Shown here in pieces: positions 11,221 to 20,160 of a DNA stretch of 64,000 nucleotides. A program made the translations under genes and the position numbers. The stretch spans positions 114,627-178,626 of the forward strand of contig CAWAOU010000018.1 of assembly GCA_963783675.1 (NCBI GenBank), written 5' to 3'. Source of the stretch: an uncultured Gammaproteobacteria bacterium (lineage in GTDB: Bacteria > Pseudomonadota > Gammaproteobacteria > Competibacterales > JAHEDQ01). The notes beneath the pieces are model-generated. The model worked only from the letters and a program-made list of their open reading frames with translations. It was not told the origin of the DNA and did no database searches. Position 1 is the first letter of the stretch; the number at the start of each line of letters is the position of its first letter.

Positions 11221-12096
11221 TCAGAGGACCTGGGCCTGCTTCATCGCGTCAAGGACCTGCGGATGGTACTGCGTATTCAGGGGCACCAACGGGAGCCGGA
11301 TGGCTTCACCCATCAGCCCAAGGCGTGCCACCGCCCACTTTACCGGTATCGGGTTGGCTTCGATAAACAGGCTTGCGTGCAGACCCTGCAACCGCGCGTC
11401 CAACTCACGTGCGCGCCCGTCCTGACCCACCAAAGCCGCGCCGATCATCTCATGCATAAGCGCCGGAGCCACATTGGCCGTTACCGAGATAACGCCTTTG
11501 CCCCCCGCCAGTGTCGTTTCGCAGCCCAGAGCGTCGTCTCCGCTCAAAACATCCAGCCGGTCTGCGCAACGCTGAATCAACTCGCGGTTTCGTTCGAGGC
11601 TGTTGCTGGCCTCCTTGATCCCGACGATGTTCGGGATATCGGCCAGACGTTCCACCGTTTCCGGCAGCATGTCACATGCCGTCCGACCCGGAACGTTATA
11701 TAGGATCTGGGGAATCGGGATCGCCTCAGCAATGGTTCGAAAGTGCTGATAGAGCCCTTCCTGAGGCGGCTTATTATAATACGGTGTCACCAGCAGACAG
11801 GCGTCGGCCCCCACCGCTTGGGCGGCGCGGGTCAGATCCAGGGCCTCACTGGTTGAGTTGGCGCCCGTGCCGGCAATCACAGGAATTCGGCGGGCGACGC
11901 ACTCGACGGTTTTGGCCACCACGTCGATGTGCTCTTCCGGCGTCAGTGTTGCGGACTCGCCGGTGGTGCCCACAGACACAATGGCGTCGGTCCCTTGGGT
12001 GACATGGAACTCCACCAGCTTGCCGAGCGCACTGTAGTCCACGCTTCCATCCGGCGCCATGGGTGTGACCAATGCCACCATGCTGCCACGAAACAT
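11221..12096 (-). CDS. dapA: 4-hydroxy-tetrahydrodipicolinate synthase
   Basis: MFRGSMVALVTPM...GTTGESATLT...YNKP...YNVPGRT: classic DapA. Start is trimmed from 12156 to the ATG at 12096. Confidence 0.95.
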   Translation of the reverse strand: MFRGSMVALVTPMAPDGSVDYSALGKLVEFHVTQGTDAIVSVGTTGESATLTPEEHIDVVAKTVECVARRIPVIAGTGANSTSEALDLTRAAQAVGADACLLVTPYYNKPPQEGLYQHFRTIAEAIPIPQILYNVPGRTACDMLPETVERLADIPNIVGIKEASNSLERNRELIQRCADRLDVLSGDDALGCETTLAGGKGVISVTANVAPALMHEMIGAALVGQDGRARELDARLQGLHASLFIEANPIPVKWAVARLGLMGEAIRLPLVPLNTQYHPQVLDAMKQAQVL

Positions 12097-12310
12097 TCGC
12101 CGTTCTCCCAGGCCGCCCGCCCCACCCCTCGGGCGTGGCAGGCGTAAACGCCGCACGGCGTACTCGGAGGGGGCCTAAAACTTAGGGATCGCATGGTACG
12201 TGGGCCCCGAAGCGAAAACAACCCAGCCGGTTTGCTTGCGCCGGAACTGACGTTACACTGCCCCCAAGACACCGTCCCCACCGACCCCAGAGCGTACACA
12301 ACGCCAATCA

Positions 12311-12841
12311 ATGAGTAGATTCCTGGTCATCTCCATGACGGGACCCGAGCAATCTGGTCTCATCCTCCATGTCACGCGCGCGGTGATGGACGCCGGATGT
12401 CAAGTCGGCGACAGTCGCATGAGCGCGATGGGCGGAACCGTGGCCCTGATGCTGGCCGCCCACGGGGAGTGGAACCAACTGGCCAGACTGGAGACCGGAC
12501 TCAGTCGACTTGGGGCTGAGCTGGCGCTTCCCATTTCCGTTCATCCAGTGGAAGAATCACCTTCCGACAGCGACCGGCTGCCATACCTGGTGGAGGCCGT
12601 GGCGCTGTCCCAGCCGGGAATCGTTCACTATTTAAGCGCCTTTTTCGCCGAGCGCGACATCGAGGTGATCGAACTCATGAGCCACGCCTATGAGGCATCG
12701 CAGACCGGCGCGCATATGCTCTCAGTGTCCATGACCGTGGGCATTTCGGCAAAACTGTCACTGGCTGGTCTGAGGGAGGACTTCCTCGACTACTGTGAGC
12801 AGCTCAATCTGGACGCCATTCTGGAGCCGGTGAAAATTTGA
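12311..12841 (+). CDS. gcvR: Glycine cleavage system transcriptional repressor (tandem ACT domains)
   Basis: 176 aa, collinear with E. coli GcvR (LVISMTGPEQSGLI...; second ACT LVEAVALSQPGIVHYLSAFF). Sits between dapA and bcp, as in E. coli. Confidence 0.75.
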   Translation: MSRFLVISMTGPEQSGLILHVTRAVMDAGCQVGDSRMSAMGGTVALMLAAHGEWNQLARLETGLSRLGAELALPISVHPVEESPSDSDRLPYLVEAVALSQPGIVHYLSAFFAERDIEVIELMSHAYEASQTGAHMLSVSMTVGISAKLSLAGLREDFLDYCEQLNLDAILEPVKI

Positions 12842-12877
12842 CCGCACCGATGGCGGGCCGAAGCCGTCGTTCCCAGA

Positions 12878-13129
12878 GGAGGGTCTGATTTGTTCTGGAC
12901 TAGGGCCTGCTAACACTATGCGGTTGCCCATCGACAGAGCCCCATTTTTTGCAGGACCAGGCGCAGTGAGCGCTGTGTACCTGGCGTACATGAGCGAAAC
13001 CGCAACGCAGGCCTGTGGGAAATGGGGCCTGTCCCTGCGGGTAATAGTTGCTCTATCGCCAGGATCTGTAACGATGAATCTGTGTATTTCAGTCCCAAGA
13101 TGCACGTTCATAAATAGATCAGAGGCTCC
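12878..13129 (-). repeat. MITE-like element, copy B (about 252 bp, imperfect terminal inverted repeats)
   Basis: Ends are GGAGGGTCTGATTTGTTCTGGAC (12878-12900) and GTTCATAAATAGATCAGAGGCTCC (13106-13129). The roughly 100 bp at the right end, reverse-complemented, align with 19244-19340. Confidence 0.7.
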
Positions 13130-13218
13130 CTGGCCACCCCGAACAACTTGGTCGCCATTTCCCGGCGCACGAGTGCACTATCCGAAACCCTGCCACCAAA
13201 CGCACAGGAGACAAACCC

Positions 13219-13689
13219 ATGAGCGCCATCGAGATCGGCCAGCCCGTCCCCAACTTCGAGGCCGCCGCGACCGGCGACAAGACCGTGCGTCTTGCCGACC
13301 TGAAAGGCCGTAACGTTGTGATTTACTTTTACCCCAAGGACAGCACTCCGGGCTGCACCACCCAGGGTCAGGATTTCCGTGACAGCATGTCTGAGTTCGA
13401 CCAGGCTGGAACCACTATCCTGGGTGTATCGCGGGACAGCCTGCGCTCGCACGAGAACTTCCGCAGCAAACAGGGGTTTGAATTCGATCTTATTTCCGAT
13501 CCGGACGAGAACCTGTGCAAGCTGTTCGATGTCATCAAGCTCAAGAAAATGTACGGACGCGAGACACTGGGTATCGAACGCAGCACCTTCCTGATCGACC
13601 GTGGCGGGGTGCTGCGGCAGGCCTGGCGAAAAGTCCGGGTCAAGGGGCACGTCGCTGAAGTCCTGGAAGCGGCCAGAGAACTGGGCTGA
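13219..13689 (+). CDS. bcp: Thioredoxin-dependent thiol peroxidase (peroxiredoxin Bcp)
   Basis: 156 aa. Active-site motif YFYPKDSTPGCTTQ. Confidence 0.9.
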   Translation: MSAIEIGQPVPNFEAAATGDKTVRLADLKGRNVVIYFYPKDSTPGCTTQGQDFRDSMSEFDQAGTTILGVSRDSLRSHENFRSKQGFEFDLISDPDENLCKLFDVIKLKKMYGRETLGIERSTFLIDRGGVLRQAWRKVRVKGHVAEVLEAARELG

Positions 13690-13738
13690 CTCGCAATACA
13701 TTCCACCTGGATAGGCCAAGCGGCAGGACCGTGATCGA

Positions 13739-15160
13739 ATGATTCGTAGACTGAACGACCGGCGTTATGTGTTCGTGCTCGATACCAACGTGCTGATGCA
13801 CGACCCCTCGGCGCTGTTCCGTTTTCAGGAACATGGCATTTATTTGCCCATGGTGGTCCTGGAGGAACTGGACCGTGGAAAAAAGGGCTTGTCGGAGGTT
13901 GCGCGTAACGCACGTCAGGCCAGCCGATTCATCGACGATCTGATCAGCGGCGCCAGCCACGAACAGATCGAGAAAGGATTGCCCATTTCGGCCCCCGGTA
14001 ACGGGGCACTAGCCGATACCGCCTCCCAGGGTCGCCTGACATTTCAGACCCGACCCTCCGAGTCGGTCCTCCCCGAGTCGCTCCCCGGCAGCAATCAGGA
14101 CAATCAGATCCTGGCCGCAATACTCGCCCTCAAAACCGATCAACCCGACGCGGAAGTGGTGTTGGTGTCCAAGGACATCAACATGCGCATCAAAGCCTCG
14201 ATACTGGGGATTAAGTCAGAGGACTATCAGAACGATCAGGCCCTGGACGACGTATCCCTTCTGCATACGGGTGTCAGCGAACTTGCCTTGGATTTCTGGA
14301 CAACCCACAGCAAGGATCTGGAATCGTGGCAATCGGAGGGTCGCACCTTCTATAAAATCCGGGGGCCCGATGTGGCTAAGTGGTACCCCAATCTGTGTTT
14401 GAACCTGGGGGGCGATGCGCCTCTGCAGGCCATCGTGCGCAAAGTCACGGAAGATGCCGGCACCGTCGAGTTGGCGACGGATTATCAGCAGGACGGCCGC
14501 AAAGTCTGGGGTATAAACGCCCGAAACCGCGAGCAGAGTTTTGCCTTGAATCTGCTGTTGGATCCGGAAGTGGACTTTGTGACCCTGCTGGGCACGGCCG
14601 GCACAGGCAAAACTTTGCTGGCCCTGGCGGCGGGCCTGACCCAGACATTGGAGACCGCCCAGTATCGCGAAATCATCATGACCCGGGTGACCATATCCGT
14701 GGGTGAGGACATCGGATTCCTGCCGGGCACCGAGGAAGAAAAAATGACTCCCTGGATGGGGGCGCTGATGGACAATCTTGAGGTCCTGACCAGCACGCCA
14801 GGGGGAGAAACCGGCAACTGGGCGCGGGCCGCGACCAACGATCTGCTCAGCAACCGGATCAAGATCCGCTCACTCAATTTTATGCGTGGCCGTACTTTTC
14901 TCAATCGTTACATCATCATCGACGAGGCGCAGAACCTCACGTCGAAGCAGATGAAGACGCTGATCACGCGGGCAGGGCCCGGCACCAAGGTGGTCTGCCT
15001 GGGCAACATCGCCCAGATCGACACCCCCTACCTGTCCGAAACCACCTCGGGATTGACCTACGTGGTGGACCGTTTCAAGGACTGGGACCACTCCGCCCAC
15101 ATTACGCTGCTGCGGGGAGAACGCTCGCGACTGGCGGAATTCGCCTCCGATTACCTCTGA
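13739..15160 (+). CDS. PhoH-like ATPase with N-terminal PIN domain (YlaK/PhoH2 type)
   Basis: PIN motif VLDTNVLMHDP at the N-terminus. Walker A GTAGTGKT and IIIDEAQN in the PhoH domain. Confidence 0.9.
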   Translation: MIRRLNDRRYVFVLDTNVLMHDPSALFRFQEHGIYLPMVVLEELDRGKKGLSEVARNARQASRFIDDLISGASHEQIEKGLPISAPGNGALADTASQGRLTFQTRPSESVLPESLPGSNQDNQILAAILALKTDQPDAEVVLVSKDINMRIKASILGIKSEDYQNDQALDDVSLLHTGVSELALDFWTTHSKDLESWQSEGRTFYKIRGPDVAKWYPNLCLNLGGDAPLQAIVRKVTEDAGTVELATDYQQDGRKVWGINARNREQSFALNLLLDPEVDFVTLLGTAGTGKTLLALAAGLTQTLETAQYREIIMTRVTISVGEDIGFLPGTEEEKMTPWMGALMDNLEVLTSTPGGETGNWARAATNDLLSNRIKIRSLNFMRGRTFLNRYIIIDEAQNLTSKQMKTLITRAGPGTKVVCLGNIAQIDTPYLSETTSGLTYVVDRFKDWDHSAHITLLRGERSRLAEFASDYL

Positions 15161-15261
15161 GCGCCATGAGTCCTCCATCGTGGGCCGGATCAGTGCCGCA
15201 TAGGAGCTCATCGGGCTCTGGCGCGCGATCGGTGAGCCCAGCAGCGCGTCGAGAGAGGGCG

Positions 15262-15606
15262 TCAGCGTAGCGAGGAATCCGGTCCGTAGTGACGCTCCAC
15301 GCGACATACGCGAGTGCGATAGTCGTCATACCACTCTGTGCGCCCGCGGCGCTGGGCGATCAGATGCTCACCGTGTTTTTTCCAACAGCGGATGGCATCC
15401 AAACTGGCCCAGTAAGACACGGTGATTCCGAAAGCGCCCTCGCGCACCGATTCCACACCCAGGAAACCGGGCTGATCTGCCGCCAGTTCGAGCATGCGGT
15501 CGGAGGTCTCGGCATAACCGTCATCAATGTCAGTTCGCAAGCTGGTGAAGATAACCGCAAAATAAGGGGGGTCGTGGTGGAAACCCACCGGTCGCATTGG
15601 ATTCAC
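15262..15606 (-). CDS. Antibiotic-biosynthesis-monooxygenase (ABM) domain protein
   Basis: 114 aa. Ferredoxin-like ABM pattern (YFAVIFTS...PGFLGVESVRE...ITVSYWASLDAIRCWK). Confidence 0.65.
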   Translation of the reverse strand: MNPMRPVGFHHDPPYFAVIFTSLRTDIDDGYAETSDRMLELAADQPGFLGVESVREGAFGITVSYWASLDAIRCWKKHGEHLIAQRRGRTEWYDDYRTRVCRVERHYGPDSSLR

Positions 15607-15760
15607 CGGCCAGTCCGCGCTTGGCAGAGTGACGCGACCAGTGAAGCGCCGCGCAACGGATCTTGGGAGTCAGCAGCGATAGAATCAAAGCGCACTAAAA
15701 CGGACAGCTCCAGCGTCCTGATTTTGGTTTTTCTTATCACCTGAAAAGGGGATACGTCGG

Positions 15761-16831
15761 TCAGGCCGGTCTGGCCTCATGGGCCAGCACGGACCTGGGC
15801 CAGGCCTTGAGTACCGCCTGGACCAGCGTGGCCAAAGGAATGGCAAAGAACACACCCCAAAAGCCCCAGATACCACCGAACACCAGAACGGCAACGATGA
15901 TGGCCACAGGATGGAGGTCTACGGCCTCTGAGAAAATAAGCGGCACCAGAACATTGCCATCCAGCGCTTGAATGACGGCGTACGCGCCCATCAACCAAAG
16001 GAACTCCGCGCTCCAGCCCCATTGGGAAAATGCAATCATACCCACCGGCAAGGTCACTACCGCCGCACCGATGTAAGGAATGATGACCGAGAGCCCCACC
16101 ATCAAACCGATCAACATGGCGAACTGCAGCCCCAGGAAGGCGAAGGTGGTGAAACTTGCCGCCCAAACAATGAGAATTTCCCAGAACTTACCCCGGACAT
16201 AGTTGCCGATCTGGCGATCCACCTCCCGCCAGACCTGGGTAGTGAGACTGTAGTCGTTGGGCAGAAAATCGTGGAACCAGCCCAGCATACGATCCTTGTC
16301 CTTGAGGAAGAAAAACACCAGCAGAGGAACCAGGATCAGGTACACCACGATGGTGATGAAACCCACCACCGAGGCCAGGGACCAGGACAGGACGTTCTGC
16401 CCGATGCGGCCGATCTCGGTCCGGATGGTGGCGATCATATCCACCACCTGCGCCTCGGTGACAAATCGCGGGTACATCTCCGGCAACCGCAGCAACAAAT
16501 CCTGCCCCCGGGCGAGAATGGCCGGAAACTGCTGCACCAGCTGGGTCATTTGCCTCGAAAGCAAAGGCGCCAGAACAAACAGCACGACCAGAACAAAGGC
16601 CGAGAAAACCGCGAACACGATCAACACCGCCGGCAGGCGGGGCATACCCCGCCGGATCAGAATCTGAACCAGACCCTCCAGCAGATAGGCGATGATGACA
16701 CCGGCGATGACCGGCGCCAGCATCTTGCCCATAACAATGATTGTGGCCGCGCCCACAATCAGCAGAACGGCCAGGACAACCGCCTGGCGGTCGGAGAAGA
16801 TGCGTTGGAACCAGTCGCTTATGATGTTCAT
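15761..16831 (-). CDS. AI-2E family (PerM/YhhT-like) transporter
   Basis: 356 aa, about 8 TM helices. Conserved C-terminal block PYIGAAVVTLP...LDGNVLVPLIFSEAVDLHPV. Confidence 0.85.
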   Translation of the reverse strand: MNIISDWFQRIFSDRQAVVLAVLLIVGAATIIVMGKMLAPVIAGVIIAYLLEGLVQILIRRGMPRLPAVLIVFAVFSAFVLVVLFVLAPLLSRQMTQLVQQFPAILARGQDLLLRLPEMYPRFVTEAQVVDMIATIRTEIGRIGQNVLSWSLASVVGFITIVVYLILVPLLVFFFLKDKDRMLGWFHDFLPNDYSLTTQVWREVDRQIGNYVRGKFWEILIVWAASFTTFAFLGLQFAMLIGLMVGLSVIIPYIGAAVVTLPVGMIAFSQWGWSAEFLWLMGAYAVIQALDGNVLVPLIFSEAVDLHPVAIIVAVLVFGGIWGFWGVFFAIPLATLVQAVLKAWPRSVLAHEARPA

Positions 16832-16912
16832 TCAATCTCGGTCTTCAGCCGCCCGATGAAAACCAGCGCCTGGCATCTCGTTGACAAAAAAAATGGGACA
16901 ACAGACTCCTGA

Positions 16913-16960
16913 GGAAGGTCTGATCAATTGCTGCAATCGTATCAATTGATCAGACCTTCC
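16913..16960 (-). terminator. Perfect 18-bp stem / 12-nt loop hairpin downstream of ORF 16998..17390; possible terminator and minimal copy of the repeat family
   Basis: GGAAGGTCTGATCAATTG (16913-16930) pairs perfectly with CAATTGATCAGACCTTCC (16943-16960). A T8 run follows on the minus strand about 20 nt further on (16887-16894), so it is not a textbook terminator. Confidence 0.4.
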
Positions 16961-16997
16961 TTAAGCCCAATCACGTGGTTCCGCAGGCCATCCGGGT

Positions 16998-17390
16998 TCA
17001 GCCATCCGGGTCGGCAAGCGTGCGATAGTGGCGTTCGAACATACGCTCGAGCTCGTCGATGACCTCCACAACGTCTCGCCCCTGCATCACATGCTGTCCC
17101 ATCAAGGACGACGTCTCATTGAGTATGCGGCGACGGTCAAGCATGGCATAGACACGGCTCAGGCGCTTGATGGCACCGACCACGGTCTCCGACTCGGGCC
17201 GCGGCTCGTGCTGTGGCTCGGGAATCGGAACCGGAGCGTTCTGCTCGTCCTCACCAGCCCGCAGGAATGCAGCAAAACGAACCAACGTGTCCCGCTCGGA
17301 TTCGCCCAGGCAATCCCAGTGGGCCAGTAACTCGTTGCGCCTGCTCACAGTGGGTTTCGATCCAAACCGGTACGCCTCTCTCTCACTCAA
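16998..17390 (-). CDS. Hypothetical protein
   Basis: 130 aa ORF overlapping the upstream gene end by 8 nt (17383-17390). No recognisable motif. Confidence 0.5.
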   Translation of the reverse strand: MSEREAYRFGSKPTVSRRNELLAHWDCLGESERDTLVRFAAFLRAGEDEQNAPVPIPEPQHEPRPESETVVGAIKRLSRVYAMLDRRRILNETSSLMGQHVMQGRDVVEVIDELERMFERHYRTLADPDG

Positions 17391-18120
17391 CTTTGAGGCT
17401 GAACACCGGCGCCTTGCGGCGTTCCGTCATCAGATTCAGAGATTTCACCAGGGCAACAATGAAATCGTCGGTCAGCCCCTGCATATCCGGCCATAGCTCG
17501 CGCGCCTCCGCCAACAGTTCCCCGATATTGTCCGGCAAATCGCGATTGGCCTCCATAATCATGTCTTCGATCATCCCCGGCTTGAGTTCCGGGCGAAACA
17601 GAAGCCCATAGCTGCCGTTATCCGGACGTATGCCAAGCCAACGTCCATCGTCGGCCAGCAGAATCGGTTCTATGCCTTGGGGCAGTTTCGCATCGCCCTC
17701 ATACAAGCTCAAAACTCGACGGCCGTGCAATGCCTCTGCCACCGGATCGCCGCGCCCCGCCTCTGTGATATTGGCCGTGGTCCAGCCGGCGGTGTGCCGC
17801 GGTTCAGCCAGGAGTTCAGCACCAAACGCAGCCGCCACGATCAACCCGCCGGCACCAAAACCCACCACCGGCCGGGCAGCGCGGCGGAAGATGGAGATCA
17901 GATTCAACTCGTGCTCAAACCAGGGCACAGTGGCCTGATCCAACGCTGGGTTTCGACCCGCCAGCAGAAACAGGCCGTCGAATTGCAGCGCCGACCCGGG
18001 CAGATCCTGACCGACAAACGGACGAAAATAGTTGAAGCCGATGTCACGCTTCTCGAGATGTTGCTCTATCAGGCCGAGAAACTCCGAGTAGGTGTGCTGA
18101 ACCACCGCATACTGCTTCAT
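17383..18120 (-). CDS. Class I glutamine amidotransferase-like protein (nucleophile Cys apparently absent)
   Basis: 245 aa. GATase1-like layout (MKQYAVVQHTYSEF...), but the nucleophile elbow reads GFGAGG rather than G-x-C-x-G. Confidence 0.55.
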   Translation of the reverse strand: MKQYAVVQHTYSEFLGLIEQHLEKRDIGFNYFRPFVGQDLPGSALQFDGLFLLAGRNPALDQATVPWFEHELNLISIFRRAARPVVGFGAGGLIVAAAFGAELLAEPRHTAGWTTANITEAGRGDPVAEALHGRRVLSLYEGDAKLPQGIEPILLADDGRWLGIRPDNGSYGLLFRPELKPGMIEDMIMEANRDLPDNIGELLAEARELWPDMQGLTDDFIVALVKSLNLMTERRKAPVFSLKVE

Positions 18121-18151
18121 TTTGTCTCGCTCCTAACAGTGGCACGGACCC

Positions 18152-19057
18152 TCACGCGCCGGACTTCGTTTCGAAATAGCTGCGCGCAAACCCCAACAGT
18201 TCGGTCATCACCGGCAATCGGAACTTTTGTTTCTTGCGCACAAAGGAGAAAGGCCGCAGGAGCCGCGGTTGCAGCGGGATGGCCTTGAGTGTTCCAAGTC
18301 TGAGTTCCTTGCCGACTATGGCGCGGGATACCACTGACAAACCCATACCCGCTTCAACCGCCCCTTTCACCGCCTCGGGGCTGGCAAGATCGAGGGTGCT
18401 GTTCAGAGTATCGATCTCGATACCCTGATCGGCCAGATAAGTATGAAACACACCACGGGTTCCAGAACCTGCCTCACGACTCACGAAAATCCGGTCGACC
18501 AACTGCCCGGGACTTACGGCCTGGTTCCCGGCCAGCTCATGGTCCGGCGCAACGATGACCACCAACTCGTCCTGCTGACACACTTCCACGTCCAGATTAC
18601 CGCTGATCACGGGGGCCTCGACGATGCCAAGATCGATGCTGTTGTCCTCAACCATCGCCACCACAGCATCGGTGTTGCCAACCTTGAGCGATATGGTGAC
18701 ATCTGGAAAATTACGGCTGAATTCTCCCAGCAGAGACGGCAACACATATTCGGCCAGAGTGGTGCTGGCACCCATAACCAGGTGACCGCTGACATCGCCA
18801 GTCAGTTCACCCACGGCATGCTCGAGTTCGTCGTACAGCTCGAAGATGCGTTCTGCATAGCCAAACACCACTTGCCCTGCCTCGGTCATACTGATTCGGT
18901 TGTGGGTACGGTCGAACAGGCGCGCCTTGAAATGGTCTTCCAGCTGACGCACCTGGAAAGTCACCGCCGGCTGGGTCATGTGCAGCGCCTCCGCCGCCTT
19001 GGTGAAGCTGAGCACCTTGCCCACGGCGTAAAACACCTGCAGCCTGCGATCGCTCAT
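18152..19057 (-). CDS. LysR family transcriptional regulator
   Basis: N-terminal wHTH LQVFYAVGKVLSFTKAAEALHMTQPAVTFQVRQLE plus a LysR substrate-binding domain. Confidence 0.9.
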   Translation of the reverse strand: MSDRRLQVFYAVGKVLSFTKAAEALHMTQPAVTFQVRQLEDHFKARLFDRTHNRISMTEAGQVVFGYAERIFELYDELEHAVGELTGDVSGHLVMGASTTLAEYVLPSLLGEFSRNFPDVTISLKVGNTDAVVAMVEDNSIDLGIVEAPVISGNLDVEVCQQDELVVIVAPDHELAGNQAVSPGQLVDRIFVSREAGSGTRGVFHTYLADQGIEIDTLNSTLDLASPEAVKGAVEAGMGLSVVSRAIVGKELRLGTLKAIPLQPRLLRPFSFVRKKQKFRLPVMTELLGFARSYFETKSGA

Positions 19058-19243
19058 CGTGTGTCTACCTCAGCGGCGATGCCGGCATACCGGCCGCGCC
19101 CGAAAAATGGTGCCGTTTGCATCCCTTATGGCCCGGGTGCCCGCAGCAGATTGGTGCGACATGGTAACAACATCCGGTTCTGCTCTCGCGGGGTAACGTC
19201 AGGCACGCCCGGATGACGTGATTGGGGAATCGCCCTATATTAT

Positions 19244-19415
19244 GGAACCTCTGATCTATTCGTGAACCTGCACCTTGAGTCTCAAATACACAGCTACATC
19301 GCCGCAAATCTCGGCAATAGAATAACTATTAGCCGCGATCTGCCCCGCGATCCGCCCCTTGAAGCTGCGCATTTCAGCCTCCAATCTGCTTCGTCCAGAA
19401 TAAATCAAAGGCTCC
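19244..19415 (+). repeat. MITE-like element, copy A (about 172 bp)
   Basis: Ends are GGAACCTCTGATCTATTCGTGAAC (19244-19267) and GTCCAGAATAAATCAAAGGCTCC (19393-19415), which are imperfect inverted repeats of each other. The internal roughly 75 bp are homologous to copy B. Confidence 0.7.
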
Positions 19416-19417
19416 TT

Positions 19418-19555
19418 AGAGGGTGTTTACAAAATCAAACGATCGGCAACGGTATCTCTTTGAAAACTCTCCGTTTTCCTCGAAGCACCCGATCTCCTGC
19501 TCAACCCGTATTTTTCTCAATATCAATAGCTTAGATTATTGTGTAAACACCCTCT
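19418..19555. repeat. 14-bp perfect inverted repeat flanking 110 bp of AT-rich DNA, abutting copy A
   Basis: AGAGGGTGTTTACA (19418-19431) and TGTAAACACCCTCT (19542-19555). Confidence 0.6.
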
Positions 19556-19598
19556 TAGAGAAGCGTACAATTCAAAGCATCCATCAGGAAGCAAGCAC

Positions 19599-20120
19599 GT
19601 GGCCAAGGCATGGCAAAAACTCGACCTTGAAGGCGGTGGCCTGCAGACCGTCAACCTGCATCTGCGTCGAACCCTGCGAAAACGCGGCATCGCCTATGCA
19701 CTGTGGCCGTTTTTTGCCCTGGGCGCCCACCGGTTTTACCTCAGAGAAACCCGGGGCGCTCTCGTCTACATGGGCCTGAGTAGCGCGGTAATCTTCACTG
19801 CCTGGCAGTTCGGCCAACCTTACTTCTGGATCGCACTCGCACCCCTGCTGATCTTTGCTTTGTTCGATCTCTGGTGGATCGATGGGGCAGTCACCCGTAC
19901 CAACAAAGCCCTGCGTATGGCCACACTGCTGCGCACCGATGCCAAACCGCCCACGGGGTACACCGGTCGCTTCAGCGACCCACCGGACACCTTGAACGAC
20001 TACGTTAAGCTCAAGGAGCGGGAACGGGCAGGCCACCCATCCCGCGAGAGCCCGCCGGCCGCCAACGATGCCGACGCCGCGCCCGGGTCCCCTCTTTCGC
20101 CGAACAAGAGGCATTGCTGA
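19599..20120 (+). CDS. TM2 domain-containing membrane protein
   Basis: IAYALWPFFALGAHRFYLRETRGALVYMGL matches the TM2 signature (GaHrFYlG). The track ORF starts at TTG 19539 inside the inverted repeat. GTG 19599 with AGGAAG 8 nt upstream is the more plausible start. Confidence 0.6.
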   Translation: MAKAWQKLDLEGGGLQTVNLHLRRTLRKRGIAYALWPFFALGAHRFYLRETRGALVYMGLSSAVIFTAWQFGQPYFWIALAPLLIFALFDLWWIDGAVTRTNKALRMATLLRTDAKPPTGYTGRFSDPPDTLNDYVKLKERERAGHPSRESPPAANDADAAPGSPLSPNKRHC

Positions 20121-20160
20121 AGGAACTGGCCCGACACCGAGGCAAGTCTCGGGACTGAGC

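Noticed and set aside
12758-13111. Small ORFs inside the repeat elements (12758..13111 minus and 19262..19534 plus) with similar N-termini (MNVHLGTEIH and MNLHLESQIH) as real peptide genes
   Set aside because: Similarity is confined to the shared nucleotide module. Differences fall on all codon positions, the downstream parts are unrelated, and there is no ribosome-binding site. They are more likely a by-product of DNA/RNA-level conservation.
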